Origin: Capsulimonadaceae bacterium
Lineage (GTDB): Bacteria; Armatimonadota; Armatimonadia; Armatimonadales; Capsulimonadaceae
Assembly: GCA_965215505.1 (NCBI GenBank)
Contig: OZ244065.1
Location: forward strand, 1,600,001-1,664,000
Length of the DNA: 64,000 bases
Direction of reading: 5' to 3'
A model generated the notes under the pieces. That model made no database searches. It was not told where the DNA came from and saw only the letters and a list, made by a program, of their open reading frames with translations. Below, piece by piece: positions 37,779 through 47,574 of this stretch. Numbering within the stretch: the stretch's first letter is position 1; every line of letters begins with the position of its first letter. The position numbers and the translations under genes are program-made.

Positions 37779-38738
37779 TCAGCGATCACTCGCGGTTTTT
37801 TTGCCGCCATCGCTGTCCGAAGAGGTGCCCTGGATCGTGCTGAGGTAGCCGGCATATTTGTCCGAGTTGATGACCGGCTTGGCCGCCTGGTACAGCCGCG
37901 CGATTTCGGCTTTCGGCAGGGGCGCGCGCTCCAAGCGGGCCATCCGATCCACCTGATTGTAGAAGGGAGTCTTCGGTACAAGGGGCGGGATCATCGCGCG
38001 GCTGCTGTTGGTCACCCGAAAGGTCAGGAAGTACATGCCGTCCGGAGCCTTCAGGGGGAAGGTCCTGATGTCGCCGACTTTGGCCTTCTGAACGAAGCCG
38101 CTGATCTGCTGTTTCAGGGGCAGCGGCAGGCCACTCATGTCCGGATTGTAGCCGTTGATGCCCGCGACTGCGAGGCGCGGCTGCCGGCCGAGCACATCCA
38201 GCGGCGTCTTCTGTTCCAGGAGGTCTTCCGCCGTTTTGGCGTCCACGGGGTTCCGAGTCATTACCGTGGTGGCCTGGACCTGCTGCGGCAGGGCGAACTT
38301 GCGAGTGTTTGCAGCGTAGTACGCCGCCACCTGGGCGGGGGAGAGGGCGACATCCTTAATGCGAAGACTGTCCAGCGCGATGGCTGTTTGCAGTTCCTGC
38401 CGGAACTCCGCCATCTTGGCCGGGTCCTGGATGTAGGGAACCAAGACCTGGGGAGAACGGCGCTGGATGTCGCTGATCTGATCCTCGACATTCTTTGCCG
38501 TCGGCGTCACGCCCTGGCGGGCCGCCGCCTGGGCCACCAGTCTGTCGGCGACCATCTGGCTCAGGACTGTCGGGCCAGCCACATGTTCCAGTTGGTCCTG
38601 GTACTGCTTCTTTGTGATCACGTCCTTGCCCACCGTCACGAGGGGACGGCCGGTGGAGTAGCGCGTATAGAGGAGTGCGTTGCCTGCCAGCGACAGCGTG
38701 GTCACCAGCACCAAGACGCCGGTCGGAAAAGATTTCAT
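37779..38738 (-). CDS. SurA/PrsA-like foldase (PpiC-type)
   Basis: N-terminal anchor, VGKDVIT..Y..QL, LVAQAAARQGV, YYAAN..KF..P..V; start chosen downstream of the sigma54 site. Confidence 0.7.
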   Translation of the reverse strand: MKSFPTGVLVLVTTLSLAGNALLYTRYSTGRPLVTVGKDVITKKQYQDQLEHVAGPTVLSQMVADRLVAQAAARQGVTPTAKNVEDQISDIQRRSPQVLVPYIQDPAKMAEFRQELQTAIALDSLRIKDVALSPAQVAAYYAANTRKFALPQQVQATTVMTRNPVDAKTAEDLLEQKTPLDVLGRQPRLAVAGINGYNPDMSGLPLPLKQQISGFVQKAKVGDIRTFPLKAPDGMYFLTFRVTNSSRAMIPPLVPKTPFYNQVDRMARLERAPLPKAEIARLYQAAKPVINSDKYAGYLSTIQGTSSDSDGGKKTASDR

Positions 38739-38766
38739 GGTGAACTCTACCTTCATTGTTTTATCA

Positions 38767-38785
38767 TGCATAAATCATGCCAAAG
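38767..38785 (-). promoter_or_regulatory. sigma54 -24/-12 promoter
   Basis: Minus strand TTGGCATGATTTATGCA (GG-N10-GC). Confidence 0.7.
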
Positions 38786-38838
38786 TATCGTAAGGGCTGA
38801 TTTTTATGCAAAAATGCGGAAATATTATGTTTGGCACC

Positions 38839-39981
38839 TTACGCCTCGAGCGATGAGGGACGGACATGGGGGCGAATGGAGGCATTTTGAACGCCCCCGC
38901 TCGCCTCGGAGATGGCTCCAGCGAGGCACACGGCCCAGCGGTCAAGGGACGCATTCTCCTCCACCCAGCGGCGCGCGTTCCGCCCCAAACGCTCGCGCAG
39001 GGCGTGGTCGGCCCGCAACCGGGTGATTGCGCGCCGCCACCCGGCGACGTCTCCCGGCGCGACCGTCAGCCCATTCTCGCCGTCCGTGATGACGTCCGTC
39101 TGGCCGGTCGTCCGCGTGGCGACGACGGCCTTGCCCATCGCCATCGCCTCCAGGATGGTGGTGACGCCCGCCTGGAAGTCCGTCTCGCGCAGCGGCACGA
39201 CCACGAAGCTGGACTCCGCATAGAGGGCGCGTAGCGCGGCGTAGTCGTAGCGGCGGGCGTCCACATTGGGCGGCAGGGCGCGGCCCGCCGTCTGGTCCTC
39301 GTGCTTGGACCAGGGCGAGGCGGCGGCCAGCCGGACGGACAGGTCCGGCATGTCGGCCACGGCCTCGATCAAGGTCGGGTAGTCCCGCCACTCCAGACCC
39401 GCCGAGCAGATGAGGTTCGGGTCGGCCGAGGCGGGCAGCGGGCGGTAAAACCGGTCGTCCGCATGGAACGGGATCAGGGCGAGCTTCCGGGGCGCGATCC
39501 CCAGCCGGCCCACCCCCCAGTCGTACTGCGCCCGCGCGTAGACGAAGATCCGGTCCAGCCTCCGGTGTGCTTTCAGGGTGCGGAAGAAGAATTGCTTCTT
39601 GCGAGTCGAGATCCGGTGGCCGATGGTGACGTGGCCCACCCGGCGCGGCGTCAGCCCCAGCAACAGGGCGAGCGGGACGCCGACGTTCTCACCGTTCGAG
39701 AAGATGGCCGCGTATTCCTCCCGACGCGCGAACGCCAGAGCGGCGAGGGCGGCGTCCCGCCCGCCGGCCTTCCGCGCCAGGCGGACGGCGGGCGTGGAGT
39801 CGGCGTCCACGGCGGCATAGTCCAGTGTGTCCACGGTCAGGCCGTGCCGGTCGCGCAGGGCGGCGGCGAGGGCGTGGTAGTCCATGGTCGGGTGCCGGTC
39901 CGAGGCCACGTCGGCCTCGACGCCGGTCTTGACGACGCTCGGGATCAGCAGCAGGGTCTTGGAGGCGTGGGCGTCCCTCAT
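38839..39981 (-). CDS. GT4 glycosyltransferase
   Basis: RDYPTL, AGVTTILEAMAMGKAVV. Confidence 0.9.
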   Translation of the reverse strand: MRDAHASKTLLLIPSVVKTGVEADVASDRHPTMDYHALAAALRDRHGLTVDTLDYAAVDADSTPAVRLARKAGGRDAALAALAFARREEYAAIFSNGENVGVPLALLLGLTPRRVGHVTIGHRISTRKKQFFFRTLKAHRRLDRIFVYARAQYDWGVGRLGIAPRKLALIPFHADDRFYRPLPASADPNLICSAGLEWRDYPTLIEAVADMPDLSVRLAAASPWSKHEDQTAGRALPPNVDARRYDYAALRALYAESSFVVVPLRETDFQAGVTTILEAMAMGKAVVATRTTGQTDVITDGENGLTVAPGDVAGWRRAITRLRADHALRERLGRNARRWVEENASLDRWAVCLAGAISEASGGVQNASIRPHVRPSSLEA

Positions 39982-40006
39982 ACTTTTTCTCCTAATACCT
40001 ATTGTC

Positions 40007-41098
40007 CTAGGCGCGGACCGTGCCGACCTGGCGGACGGTCTCAACGAGGCGGCCGTAGTTCACGACGGCGTCGAACCGCTCCCGCCCGACCGCGCGTGCC
40101 TGACGGGCGAGCCGGGCGCGAAGGGGGGCGTCGGAGGCCAGCGCGGTCAGCGCGCCGGCGAGGGCTTCGGGGTCGTCCGGCGGCACGACCCATCCGGTTT
40201 CACCGTGGGTCACCGCTTCCGGCAGGGCGCCGACGGTCGTGGTGACGACGGGCAGGCCCGCCGCCAGCGCCTCCATGACCGCGAGGGGGAGGCAGTCGCC
40301 GCGCGTCGGGAAGACGAACAGGTCCGCCTGGGCGAACAGCCCCAGCAGGGCATCGGAGTTCGGCTGAACATCATGCCAGACGGTCATGCGGGGCAGATTG
40401 TTCCCCACCCCCGGCGTCTTGGTGACGACGTGGAGGTGGACGTCGAGCGAGGGCGGCAGGCGGGCGAAGGCGTCCAGCAGGGTGTCGCCGCCTTTGCGGG
40501 GGAAGTCGCCGCCGACGAACAGCAACTGGACCGGGCCGGGGCGGCGGGCCGCCCGGTCGAAGTCCCAGCGGGCGGTGTCTATGCCGGGCGGTATGACCGT
40601 GACCTTATCGGCGGGCACGCCGTAGTCGGCGACCAGGGAGTCCTTGGACCACTGCGACCACGAAACCAGGTGCCGGGCGGACCGGAACGCGCGCTGATTC
40701 AGGCGCTTCTTCAGGGCCTCGATCCGCGCGCTGCCGCTCGGGACATGGCCATAGAACGCGCCCAGGGCGTCGTATTGCAGGGGCGTGGCGTCCAGGGAAA
40801 CCACGGAGGGCATGCGGCGCATCAGCCCGGGCGAGAACAGGGCGGTCACCTGCGTGTGGAACAGGGCACCGTCCAGCCGCCCGGCCCGCCCGCGCAGGCC
40901 GAGCCAGGCACCCAGCGAGGCCCGGAGCGACCAGTTGGAGCGGACGCCGGGCAGGCGGGTCCAGGCCCCGGTCAGACCCTCGTAGGGCAGATCAACGTAG
41001 GACGGGGCGATGTCCGGACGGTCCCGCAGGACGCGCTTGAGGTTCTGCGCGTGCGTCGTGTGGCCCAGGGAGTATTCGAGTGCGAAGCCGAGGTTCAT
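40007..41098 (-). CDS. GT4 glycosyltransferase
   Basis: FVGGDFPRKGG, ADLFVFPT..DCLPLAVMEA. Confidence 0.92.
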   Translation of the reverse strand: MNLGFALEYSLGHTTHAQNLKRVLRDRPDIAPSYVDLPYEGLTGAWTRLPGVRSNWSLRASLGAWLGLRGRAGRLDGALFHTQVTALFSPGLMRRMPSVVSLDATPLQYDALGAFYGHVPSGSARIEALKKRLNQRAFRSARHLVSWSQWSKDSLVADYGVPADKVTVIPPGIDTARWDFDRAARRPGPVQLLFVGGDFPRKGGDTLLDAFARLPPSLDVHLHVVTKTPGVGNNLPRMTVWHDVQPNSDALLGLFAQADLFVFPTRGDCLPLAVMEALAAGLPVVTTTVGALPEAVTHGETGWVVPPDDPEALAGALTALASDAPLRARLARQARAVGRERFDAVVNYGRLVETVRQVGTVRA

Positions 41099-41135
41099 GT
41101 GTCTTCCGTGTCCTTCCTGTCTTCCATGGCCCCCG

Positions 41136-42215
41136 TCATGCCGCCTTCATGGCGTCCAGAATGCGGCCCAGGTTGGCCCGACAGTCGAATTCCTCCCGCG
41201 CGCGCGCGAGTGCGGCGGTCCCCATCTGCTGCCGCAGGGCGGCATCGTAGACGAGTTGGTCCAGGCGCAGGGCGAGGGCCGCATAGTCGCCCGGCTCCAG
41301 CCCGTAGCCCGTCAGGCCCTCGGCGATGATCTCGGGGATGCCGCCGAGCCGCGAGATGACGACGGGCAGGCCGCAGGACATGGCCTCCATGGCGACCAGG
41401 GAGTAGCAGTCGGCCAGTGTCGGCAGCACGAACAGGTCGGACCTCTGGTAGAGACGCACGAGTTCGGGGCTGTTGTTGGCGATCCCCCGGTGTACGACGA
41501 CGTTGGGCACGGCGGGGACCGGGTCGCGCGTCACCAGGTGCAGCTCCCAGGGGGCCGGAACCTGGGTTTCCTGCGCCCAGCGCAGCAGCAGGTCGCCGCC
41601 CTTGCGGGCGAAGTCGCCGCCGACGAACAGCAGGCGGGCGACGCCGTCGCCGGGGCGGGTGGCGGGGTCGGGCCGGAAAAGCTGCTGGTCCACGCCGGGC
41701 GAGACGGCCGTGACCTTCTCGGGCGGGACGCCGTAGTCGTCGCGCAGGCTGCGCGCCACCCACTCGTTCCAGGGGAACAGGTGATGCGCCTCGGCGTAAA
41801 GGCGGTCGGTGGCGCGGCGCTTCCAGGCGGCCCCGAAGCGGGCGCGCGCGCGGCCGTAACCGTACCGCCCGCCCATGGCCTCCATCTGGAGGGGCGTCAT
41901 GTCCATGACCAGGAAGGCGGGCGCGGCCCGGACCGAGTCGGGGACGGACTTCGCCGCCCAGGTCGCCCAAAGCACGGCGTCACGCGGCCCGGCCCCGGCC
42001 AGCCCGGCGCGGATCTCCCCCACCCCGCGCAGTGTGCCGCGGATGCCGGACGGGAGGCCCGGCAGGCGCGACAGCGGGCCGGCGTCGGCCTCATAGCGGA
42101 CGGGGACGACGGCGGCCTCCACGGACGGGTCTTCCGCCGCGACGCGCTCCCAGTTGAGGGCCTGGGTCTTCAGCCCGACCTGCTGGTCCAGGACGAACGC
42201 GAATCGGTGAGCCAC
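41136..42215 (-). CDS. GT4 glycosyltransferase
   Basis: FVGGDFARKGG, SDLFVLPTLADCYSLVAMEAM. Confidence 0.92.
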   Translation of the reverse strand: MAHRFAFVLDQQVGLKTQALNWERVAAEDPSVEAAVVPVRYEADAGPLSRLPGLPSGIRGTLRGVGEIRAGLAGAGPRDAVLWATWAAKSVPDSVRAAPAFLVMDMTPLQMEAMGGRYGYGRARARFGAAWKRRATDRLYAEAHHLFPWNEWVARSLRDDYGVPPEKVTAVSPGVDQQLFRPDPATRPGDGVARLLFVGGDFARKGGDLLLRWAQETQVPAPWELHLVTRDPVPAVPNVVVHRGIANNSPELVRLYQRSDLFVLPTLADCYSLVAMEAMSCGLPVVISRLGGIPEIIAEGLTGYGLEPGDYAALALRLDQLVYDAALRQQMGTAALARAREEFDCRANLGRILDAMKAA

Positions 42216-42800
42216 TCACGCCCCCGCGCTTTCCCGCGCTTCGGCCAGGACGCGGTCGCGCAGGGCCGAATAGATCAGGTGTCCGACGACCACATGGACG
42301 TCCTCGACCATCTGCATGTTGTCCGAGTGGACGACGACGTTGTGGCGGGCCAGGCCCGCCAGCTTGCCGCCGCCGAAGCCGCTCCAGCCTAATGTCTCCG
42401 CGCCCGCGGCGTGGGCGGCCTCGACGGCGGCGAGGATGTTCGGCGAGTTGCCGCTGCCGCTGATGGCGACCAGCAGGTCGCCGGGCCGCAGCCAGGTCCG
42501 CGCCTGGGCGGCGAAGACGTTGGCGTACTCGGTGTCGTTGCTCCAGGCGGTCAGGAGCGGCACCGAGTCCACCAGGGACATGCACTCCCAGGGGCGGCCT
42601 CCGTGCAGGAACATGTTCTTCTGGAAGTCGGCGGGCAGGTGGCTGGCGGTCGCCGCCGAGCCGCCGTTGCCGCAGAAGACCGCCCGACGCCCGCCCCGGT
42701 AGTTGTCCCAGAGCAGTGCGGTCGCGGCGTCGATCTCGTCCGTCGAGACTTCGTGCAGCAGTGCGGCCATGCGGCCGAGGTAGTCACGCGCGTAGCTCAT
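42216..42800 (-). CDS. gmhA: SIS-domain phosphoheptose isomerase-like protein
   Basis: CGNGGSAA.ASH, SND, ISGSGNSPN, VEDVH. Confidence 0.8.
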   Translation of the reverse strand: MSYARDYLGRMAALLHEVSTDEIDAATALLWDNYRGGRRAVFCGNGGSAATASHLPADFQKNMFLHGGRPWECMSLVDSVPLLTAWSNDTEYANVFAAQARTWLRPGDLLVAISGSGNSPNILAAVEAAHAAGAETLGWSGFGGGKLAGLARHNVVVHSDNMQMVEDVHVVVGHLIYSALRDRVLAEARESAGA

Positions 42801-43318
42801 GTATCAAGGCTCCTTATCAACTTCGCCGGGACGCCGCCCCACATCTGGTTCGGCGGGACGCTCTTGTTGACCAGCGCGCCCGCCGCGATGACGCTGCCCG
42901 CGCCGATCTCCACGCCGCCGAGGACGGTCACGCGCGCGCCGAGCCAGCAGCCGTCGCCGATCGTGATCGGGAGGGCGAAGCCCGGCCCGCACCGCCGCGC
43001 GGCGGGGCCGATCTCGTGCGAGCCCGTCCAGAGCATCGCCTCCGCGCCGATCCAGACGTCTCGGCCGATGGTGATGGGCTTGCCCCAGTCGGCCAGCAGC
43101 GCGCCCCGCCGCTGGATGTGGCTCCCCGCCCCGATCGTGATGAGGTGGGCGTCGTTGCCGAAGTCCAGGTGCGCGTTGAGCGTCACGCCCGGCCCGACGT
43201 GCACGCCCAGCAGCGACCGGACCAGCCGGGCGCGGGCCGACTCGCAAACCAGAATGTTGGGCATCAGCCGGTCGGCCAGGGCCGAATACAGGCAGTGCCG
43301 CAGAAACCGCATGTTCAC
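42797..43318 (-). CDS. hexapeptide-repeat sugar O-acetyltransferase
   Basis: ITIGDGCWLGA..LGGVEIG..VIAAGALV..GGVPAK. Confidence 0.9.
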   Translation of the reverse strand: MNMRFLRHCLYSALADRLMPNILVCESARARLVRSLLGVHVGPGVTLNAHLDFGNDAHLITIGAGSHIQRRGALLADWGKPITIGRDVWIGAEAMLWTGSHEIGPAARRCGPGFALPITIGDGCWLGARVTVLGGVEIGAGSVIAAGALVNKSVPPNQMWGGVPAKLIRSLDT

Positions 43319-43362
43319 CGGCTCATGCCTTCACCGACGGGGAAGCCCGTCGAAAGAGATGC

Positions 43363-44733
43363 TTACAGTCTGTCATAGCCTCGCCCCCCTCGTATTATGG
43401 ACGGATTCGCTTCCGGCGAGAGGTCTGACGGCGAGAGGTCTGAGGAGGAGCCGGCGTCCTCGGGCGTCCCGGCCCCTGCGGCGGCGGGCGGCGCGGGGGG
43501 CGGCCTCCGCAGGCGGAAATGCGCCGCCTGCGGGGCGGGCTTCCGGACGCGCCGCGCGTCCGTGTCGCGCGGCACGTTCATGAAGGGGCGCTCGAACAGG
43601 AGGTGGAACAGGTAGCCGAGGCCCACCATCAGCGGGGCGACGAAGAGCAGCATGAACAAGACCTGGGCCGTGTTGGAGAACCGCGCGTGGCCGTAGGTGC
43701 CCAGCACCATCACCATCGGCAGGTGAATCAGGTACACGCTGTAGGAGAACAAGCCCAGCCAGACCAGCAGGGGATGCGACAGCGCCCGGTGCAGGCGCGT
43801 CTCCGAACGGCTCCCGGCGAGCAGCAGGGCGGCGAACAGCAAGCCCCACATGGCATCTGTCAGCGTCTGGAAGTGCCCGTGTCGCCCGTCCAGGATCGCC
43901 AGCAGGGTTATGGCGACCAACAGCAAGCCGTCCACCCATCGCTCGGGGGACTTCTGCTCCGCGTGCCGGCGCGCGACCAGCAGGGCGGCGAACATCCCGA
44001 CCGCGAACTCGAATCCGCGCCCGAAGACGCTGTACGCCAGCACATAGCCGTAGCCGTCGTCCGGCAGATAGTGGCCCCGCACGAGAAAGAACCGGTAGGC
44101 CGTACAGACCAGCAGCACGGCCAGCACGACGCCGCGCGCGTTGAAGCGGCGGTAGGCCTCCACCAGTACGGGGAAGAGGATGTACAACTGGAATTCCAGG
44201 GCGAGCGACCAGAGCGAGCCGTTGACGCTCAGGACGTAATCCGGCCTGGTGTTGTGCAGCATCAGGGCGTGCAGGAACAGCCAGTTCAGCGTGTAATGGG
44301 CGTCGGAACCGGTGTGGTGGAGCCAGGCTTGGGTCAGGGGCACGACGCTGAACAGAATAAGGGTGACGTAGTAGGGCGGCAGGATGCGCCGGCAGCGTTT
44401 CTTGGCGAACTCCCATAGCGTCGGCTCACGCCTCCTCCCGCCTTTGACGAACGGCCAATAGAGGCAGAACCCGGACAGCACCAGGAACAGGTTGACGCCG
44501 ACGTGCCCGAAGCCGAGGACGGGCGCGGCGTTGAAATGGCGAGCGCCGGCGGTCAGGCCCACGGACCACATGCCGCCGAAAAGCCAGCAGTGGTAGAGCA
44601 GCACCATGAGCATCGCCAGGCCACGGAGGCCGTCTATGAAGTGCAGGCGCGGCGCGGGACGAGCTTCAAGCGGCCCCGGCGCGGCCGAATCAGGCGCTAA
44701 GGCAAGCGCGTGCGTTTCTTGCGCCGTTCCTGA
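43363..44733 (-). CDS. acyltransferase family 3 (OafA-like)
   Basis: IDGLRG, GVNLFLVLSGF, RRILPPY, WSLALEFQLY, SYSVYLIH, FERP. Confidence 0.92.
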   Translation of the reverse strand, partial: SGTAQETHALALAPDSAAPGPLEARPAPRLHFIDGLRGLAMLMVLLYHCWLFGGMWSVGLTAGARHFNAAPVLGFGHVGVNLFLVLSGFCLYWPFVKGGRRREPTLWEFAKKRCRRILPPYYVTLILFSVVPLTQAWLHHTGSDAHYTLNWLFLHALMLHNTRPDYVLSVNGSLWSLALEFQLYILFPVLVEAYRRFNARGVVLAVLLVCTAYRFFLVRGHYLPDDGYGYVLAYSVFGRGFEFAVGMFAALLVARRHAEQKSPERWVDGLLLVAITLLAILDGRHGHFQTLTDAMWGLLFAALLLAGSRSETRLHRALSHPLLVWLGLFSYSVYLIHLPMVMVLGTYGHARFSNTAQVLFMLLFVAPLMVGLGYLFHLLFERPFMNVPRDTDARRVRKPAPQAAHFRLRRPPPAPPAAAGAGTPEDAGSSSDLSPSDLSPEANPSIIRGGRGYDRL

Positions 44734-45050
44734 CATTGGGGGTTCTCCCTGCTCACTCGCGTACACGGGCGTTTCTGACGGTTTCAGGGAAGACGGGGCA
44801 CCCCAACGCACCCTTCCAGGGTCGTTCCGACCGGCTCATGTGAACCCCGGCATTGGGTTGAAAAATAGTGTTAGCCTTCAACAATTTTCAGGTGACATGG
44901 CTGAACCATCGTTTGTAATCAAACACCCCGGCTTCAAGTAAATGGCCGTGAGTGTTTCCTCACTCTGTTGTGACAGCGGAAGTGCGCTCGATGACAGATG
45001 ATGCCATAGTCGGAATGAGTCCAACCCGGCAACAGTGTCATATGAATATA

Positions 45051-45070
45051 GTGCAAGAATCATGCCAAAG
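45051..45070 (-). promoter_or_regulatory. sigma54 -24/-12 promoter
   Basis: Minus strand CTTTGGCATGATTCTTGCAC. Confidence 0.8.
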
Positions 45071-45210
45071 TGGCCAGCCGGTTGAGCGCGGCCCTACTGC
45101 CATCAAGGAGCGCCCTTTCCCCTGTGGGCGTCTCAGGGCAGCGGGCGCTCTCAGTTCCGACGCACACGGACCGCGCCGTGCGTGTCGGTCAAGCAGGACG
45201 AGGCTGCGGC

Positions 45211-46173
45211 TCACCGGCGCAGGCCGCGCGTGAAGCCCTGGAGGCGATACAGGTAAGTACGCAGGCCGCTCGGCTTGCGCCCGCGCGCCAGCGCCCGCAG
45301 GAAGCCGCCCAGCGGCTGCGCCAGCTCTTGCAGCGCCTTGAAGCGGTAGCGTGGGCCGCGCCCGCCGCAAACGAGGTAGGCCAAAAACTGCCCCATGCCG
45401 GTGCCGTTGACCTGATGCACGAACGCATGATAGTCCGCCCCGGAACGCGCCCCGGCGTGGTGGACGACGCGGGCTTCGGCCAGGGTGTGCATCTCCAGCG
45501 ATGGACGGTGACACACACAGCGCAGGGCGTACTCGAAGTCCTCGCCCGCTACGCCCGTCCCCGCGCCCAGGGCCGTGTCAAAGCCGCCCACCCGCTCGAA
45601 CGTCGTCCGCCGCAGGGCCATGTTCGCGCCCATGCCGCCGAAGACCTCGGGCTGGAACCAGCGCACGGGCCGTTTCGTGGGCACCCGGCTGTACGGGATG
45701 AACTCCGTCCGCCAGTCGTGGACCTCGGGCGGCAGGACCGTCCCGAACAGGAACGCGAGGCGCGGGTAGGCCGCGAACTCGCGGACGATCTCGGCGAGCC
45801 AGTCTTCCTCAACGACCACGTCGTCGTCGGTGAAGACGATCAGGTCGCCCCGGCTGCCTTCCAGGCCCACATTGCGTGCCCGCGACAGGCCGCGTGTCGG
45901 CGTCGGCAGGTAAAGGACCTCGCCCGCCCCAGCGGCAATCTGCTCGACGGCACGGCGCGTGTCCTCCCCATCGCTCTGGTCCACGACCAGCAGCTCGTCC
46001 GGTCGGTGCCGGCCGGCGAGGATGCTGTTCAGGGTCGCTTCGATCAAGGTGCCCCTGTCGCGCGTACAGATGATGACGGAGACGGTCATGACGGAGACGG
46101 TCATGGCGGGAACAGGGATGGCGGGGGCGGCGGCGGCCTCCCCTATTATAGCGCAATTTTCGGCGGTAGTCAT
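45211..46173 (-). CDS. GT2 glycosyltransferase
   Basis: SVIICTRDR, GLSRARNVG, FTDDD, GEDFE. Confidence 0.92.
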   Translation of the reverse strand: MTTAENCAIIGEAAAAPAIPVPAMTVSVMTVSVIICTRDRGTLIEATLNSILAGRHRPDELLVVDQSDGEDTRRAVEQIAAGAGEVLYLPTPTRGLSRARNVGLEGSRGDLIVFTDDDVVVEEDWLAEIVREFAAYPRLAFLFGTVLPPEVHDWRTEFIPYSRVPTKRPVRWFQPEVFGGMGANMALRRTTFERVGGFDTALGAGTGVAGEDFEYALRCVCHRPSLEMHTLAEARVVHHAGARSGADYHAFVHQVNGTGMGQFLAYLVCGGRGPRYRFKALQELAQPLGGFLRALARGRKPSGLRTYLYRLQGFTRGLRR

Positions 46174-46186
46174 GGGTTAGGCACCA

Positions 46187-47395
46187 TTATCGGCGCGGGG
46201 AGCGGACAAAGAGAGGGCGCGGGGTTTCTTCGGGCCGGCCGCTCTCCGCCGAGGCGGGGGCGGGCCGCAGCGCGAACCTCGCGCCGCGCGCCGTCAGGAA
46301 GGGCCTCTCGAACAGCAGGTGGAACCCGTAGGCGGCGGCGACGACCAGCGGGGACGACGCCAGCAGGAGCAGGAACATCGGGACGGGGCCGGGGTGGAAC
46401 AGGCGGGTCAACACGAGGTCCGCCGCATGCAGCAGGGGCGCGTGGACGAGGTAGAGGCTGTAGGAGAACAGGCCGACGCGTACCAGCGGGGGCCAGGACA
46501 GCCAGCGCGTCAGCCGGGACTTCTGGAGGGGCGCATCTTGATAGATCGCCGCCATCGTCAGGGCGGCGGCCAGACCGATCAGGGTGTCCAGGTAGGGCGA
46601 ATAGGCGGCGAAGAACAGCTTGCCTTTGGCGGCGATCGCCAGGACGACGAGTACCCAGAGGCCGTTCGCCAGGGGCCGCCAGAAGGGCCGGGGGCGCGAC
46701 AGCGTTTCGCGCGCGGCGACCGCGCCCAGCGTGAACAGGCCCAAGTACCAGGGCGTGGCCGAGTCCAGCCGGCCGTGGGAGGCGACGTGTGCCAGCAGGC
46801 CCAGGCCGACCGTCCAGGCGAGGGTCCACGCCGTCCCAATCCGCCGGAGGGAGGGCACGATGAGGGGCAGGAACAGGTAGACCTGGCACTCGACGGCGAT
46901 GCTCCAGAGGGGATAATTGATGCTCCCGCCGCGCAGCCCGAGTGGCAGGTCATGGACCAGGGACAGGTGCGCCAGGAACTGCGGCAGGGTCAGCGGCAGG
47001 CTGTTGTCCCAGACCGTGCCGGTGGCTGCGTGGGCGACGGTGACGATGAACAGGCAGGACAGCAGCAGGGAGGCATAGTAGGGCGGGAGGATGCGGCGCG
47101 CGCGCCGGGTGAAGAACTCGCGCAGGGGCGGCATCCGGTCGCCGCGCCGGGCGATGGGCAGCATCAGGCAGAAGCCGGAGACGACGATGAACACGTCCAC
47201 GGCGATGTGCCCGTAGGCCAGGCCTAGGTGGTTCATCAGGCGCGAAGCGTAGTAGCCGTTCGTCGGCTCGAAGTAGGCGTGGCAGACCATGACGAACAGC
47301 GCGGCCACCGCCCGCAGGCCGTCAATGAAGGCGAGGTGCGGCTTTAAGGGTGCGGGCGTTTCGGACGGGACTCGTGGCAGTACCGGAGTAGACAA
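46187..47395 (-). CDS. acyltransferase family 3 (OafA-like)
   Basis: IDGLRA, VDVFIVVSGF, RRILPPYY, WSIAVE, SYSLYLVH. Confidence 0.92.
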   Translation of the reverse strand: MSTPVLPRVPSETPAPLKPHLAFIDGLRAVAALFVMVCHAYFEPTNGYYASRLMNHLGLAYGHIAVDVFIVVSGFCLMLPIARRGDRMPPLREFFTRRARRILPPYYASLLLSCLFIVTVAHAATGTVWDNSLPLTLPQFLAHLSLVHDLPLGLRGGSINYPLWSIAVECQVYLFLPLIVPSLRRIGTAWTLAWTVGLGLLAHVASHGRLDSATPWYLGLFTLGAVAARETLSRPRPFWRPLANGLWVLVVLAIAAKGKLFFAAYSPYLDTLIGLAAALTMAAIYQDAPLQKSRLTRWLSWPPLVRVGLFSYSLYLVHAPLLHAADLVLTRLFHPGPVPMFLLLLASSPLVVAAAYGFHLLFERPFLTARGARFALRPAPASAESGRPEETPRPLFVRSPRR

Positions 47396-47473
47396 AAGGG
47401 TGTTCCAATCAGGATGCCGATCTCACGACTGCCATGGCGATCCTGCTGCCATGGTGATCCTGTTACAACCACT

Positions 47474-47493
47474 GTGCAAGAATCATGCCAAAG
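47474..47493 (-). promoter_or_regulatory. sigma54 -24/-12 promoter
   Basis: Identical 20-mer to 45051-45070. Confidence 0.8.
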
Positions 47494-47574
47494 CGCGGGT
47501 CGGGGAGAATCCCGGCCCGCGCCCTCGTCGGCAAGACTGAAGCACCCTTCAGGAGTACCCTTCAGGAGTGTCCT

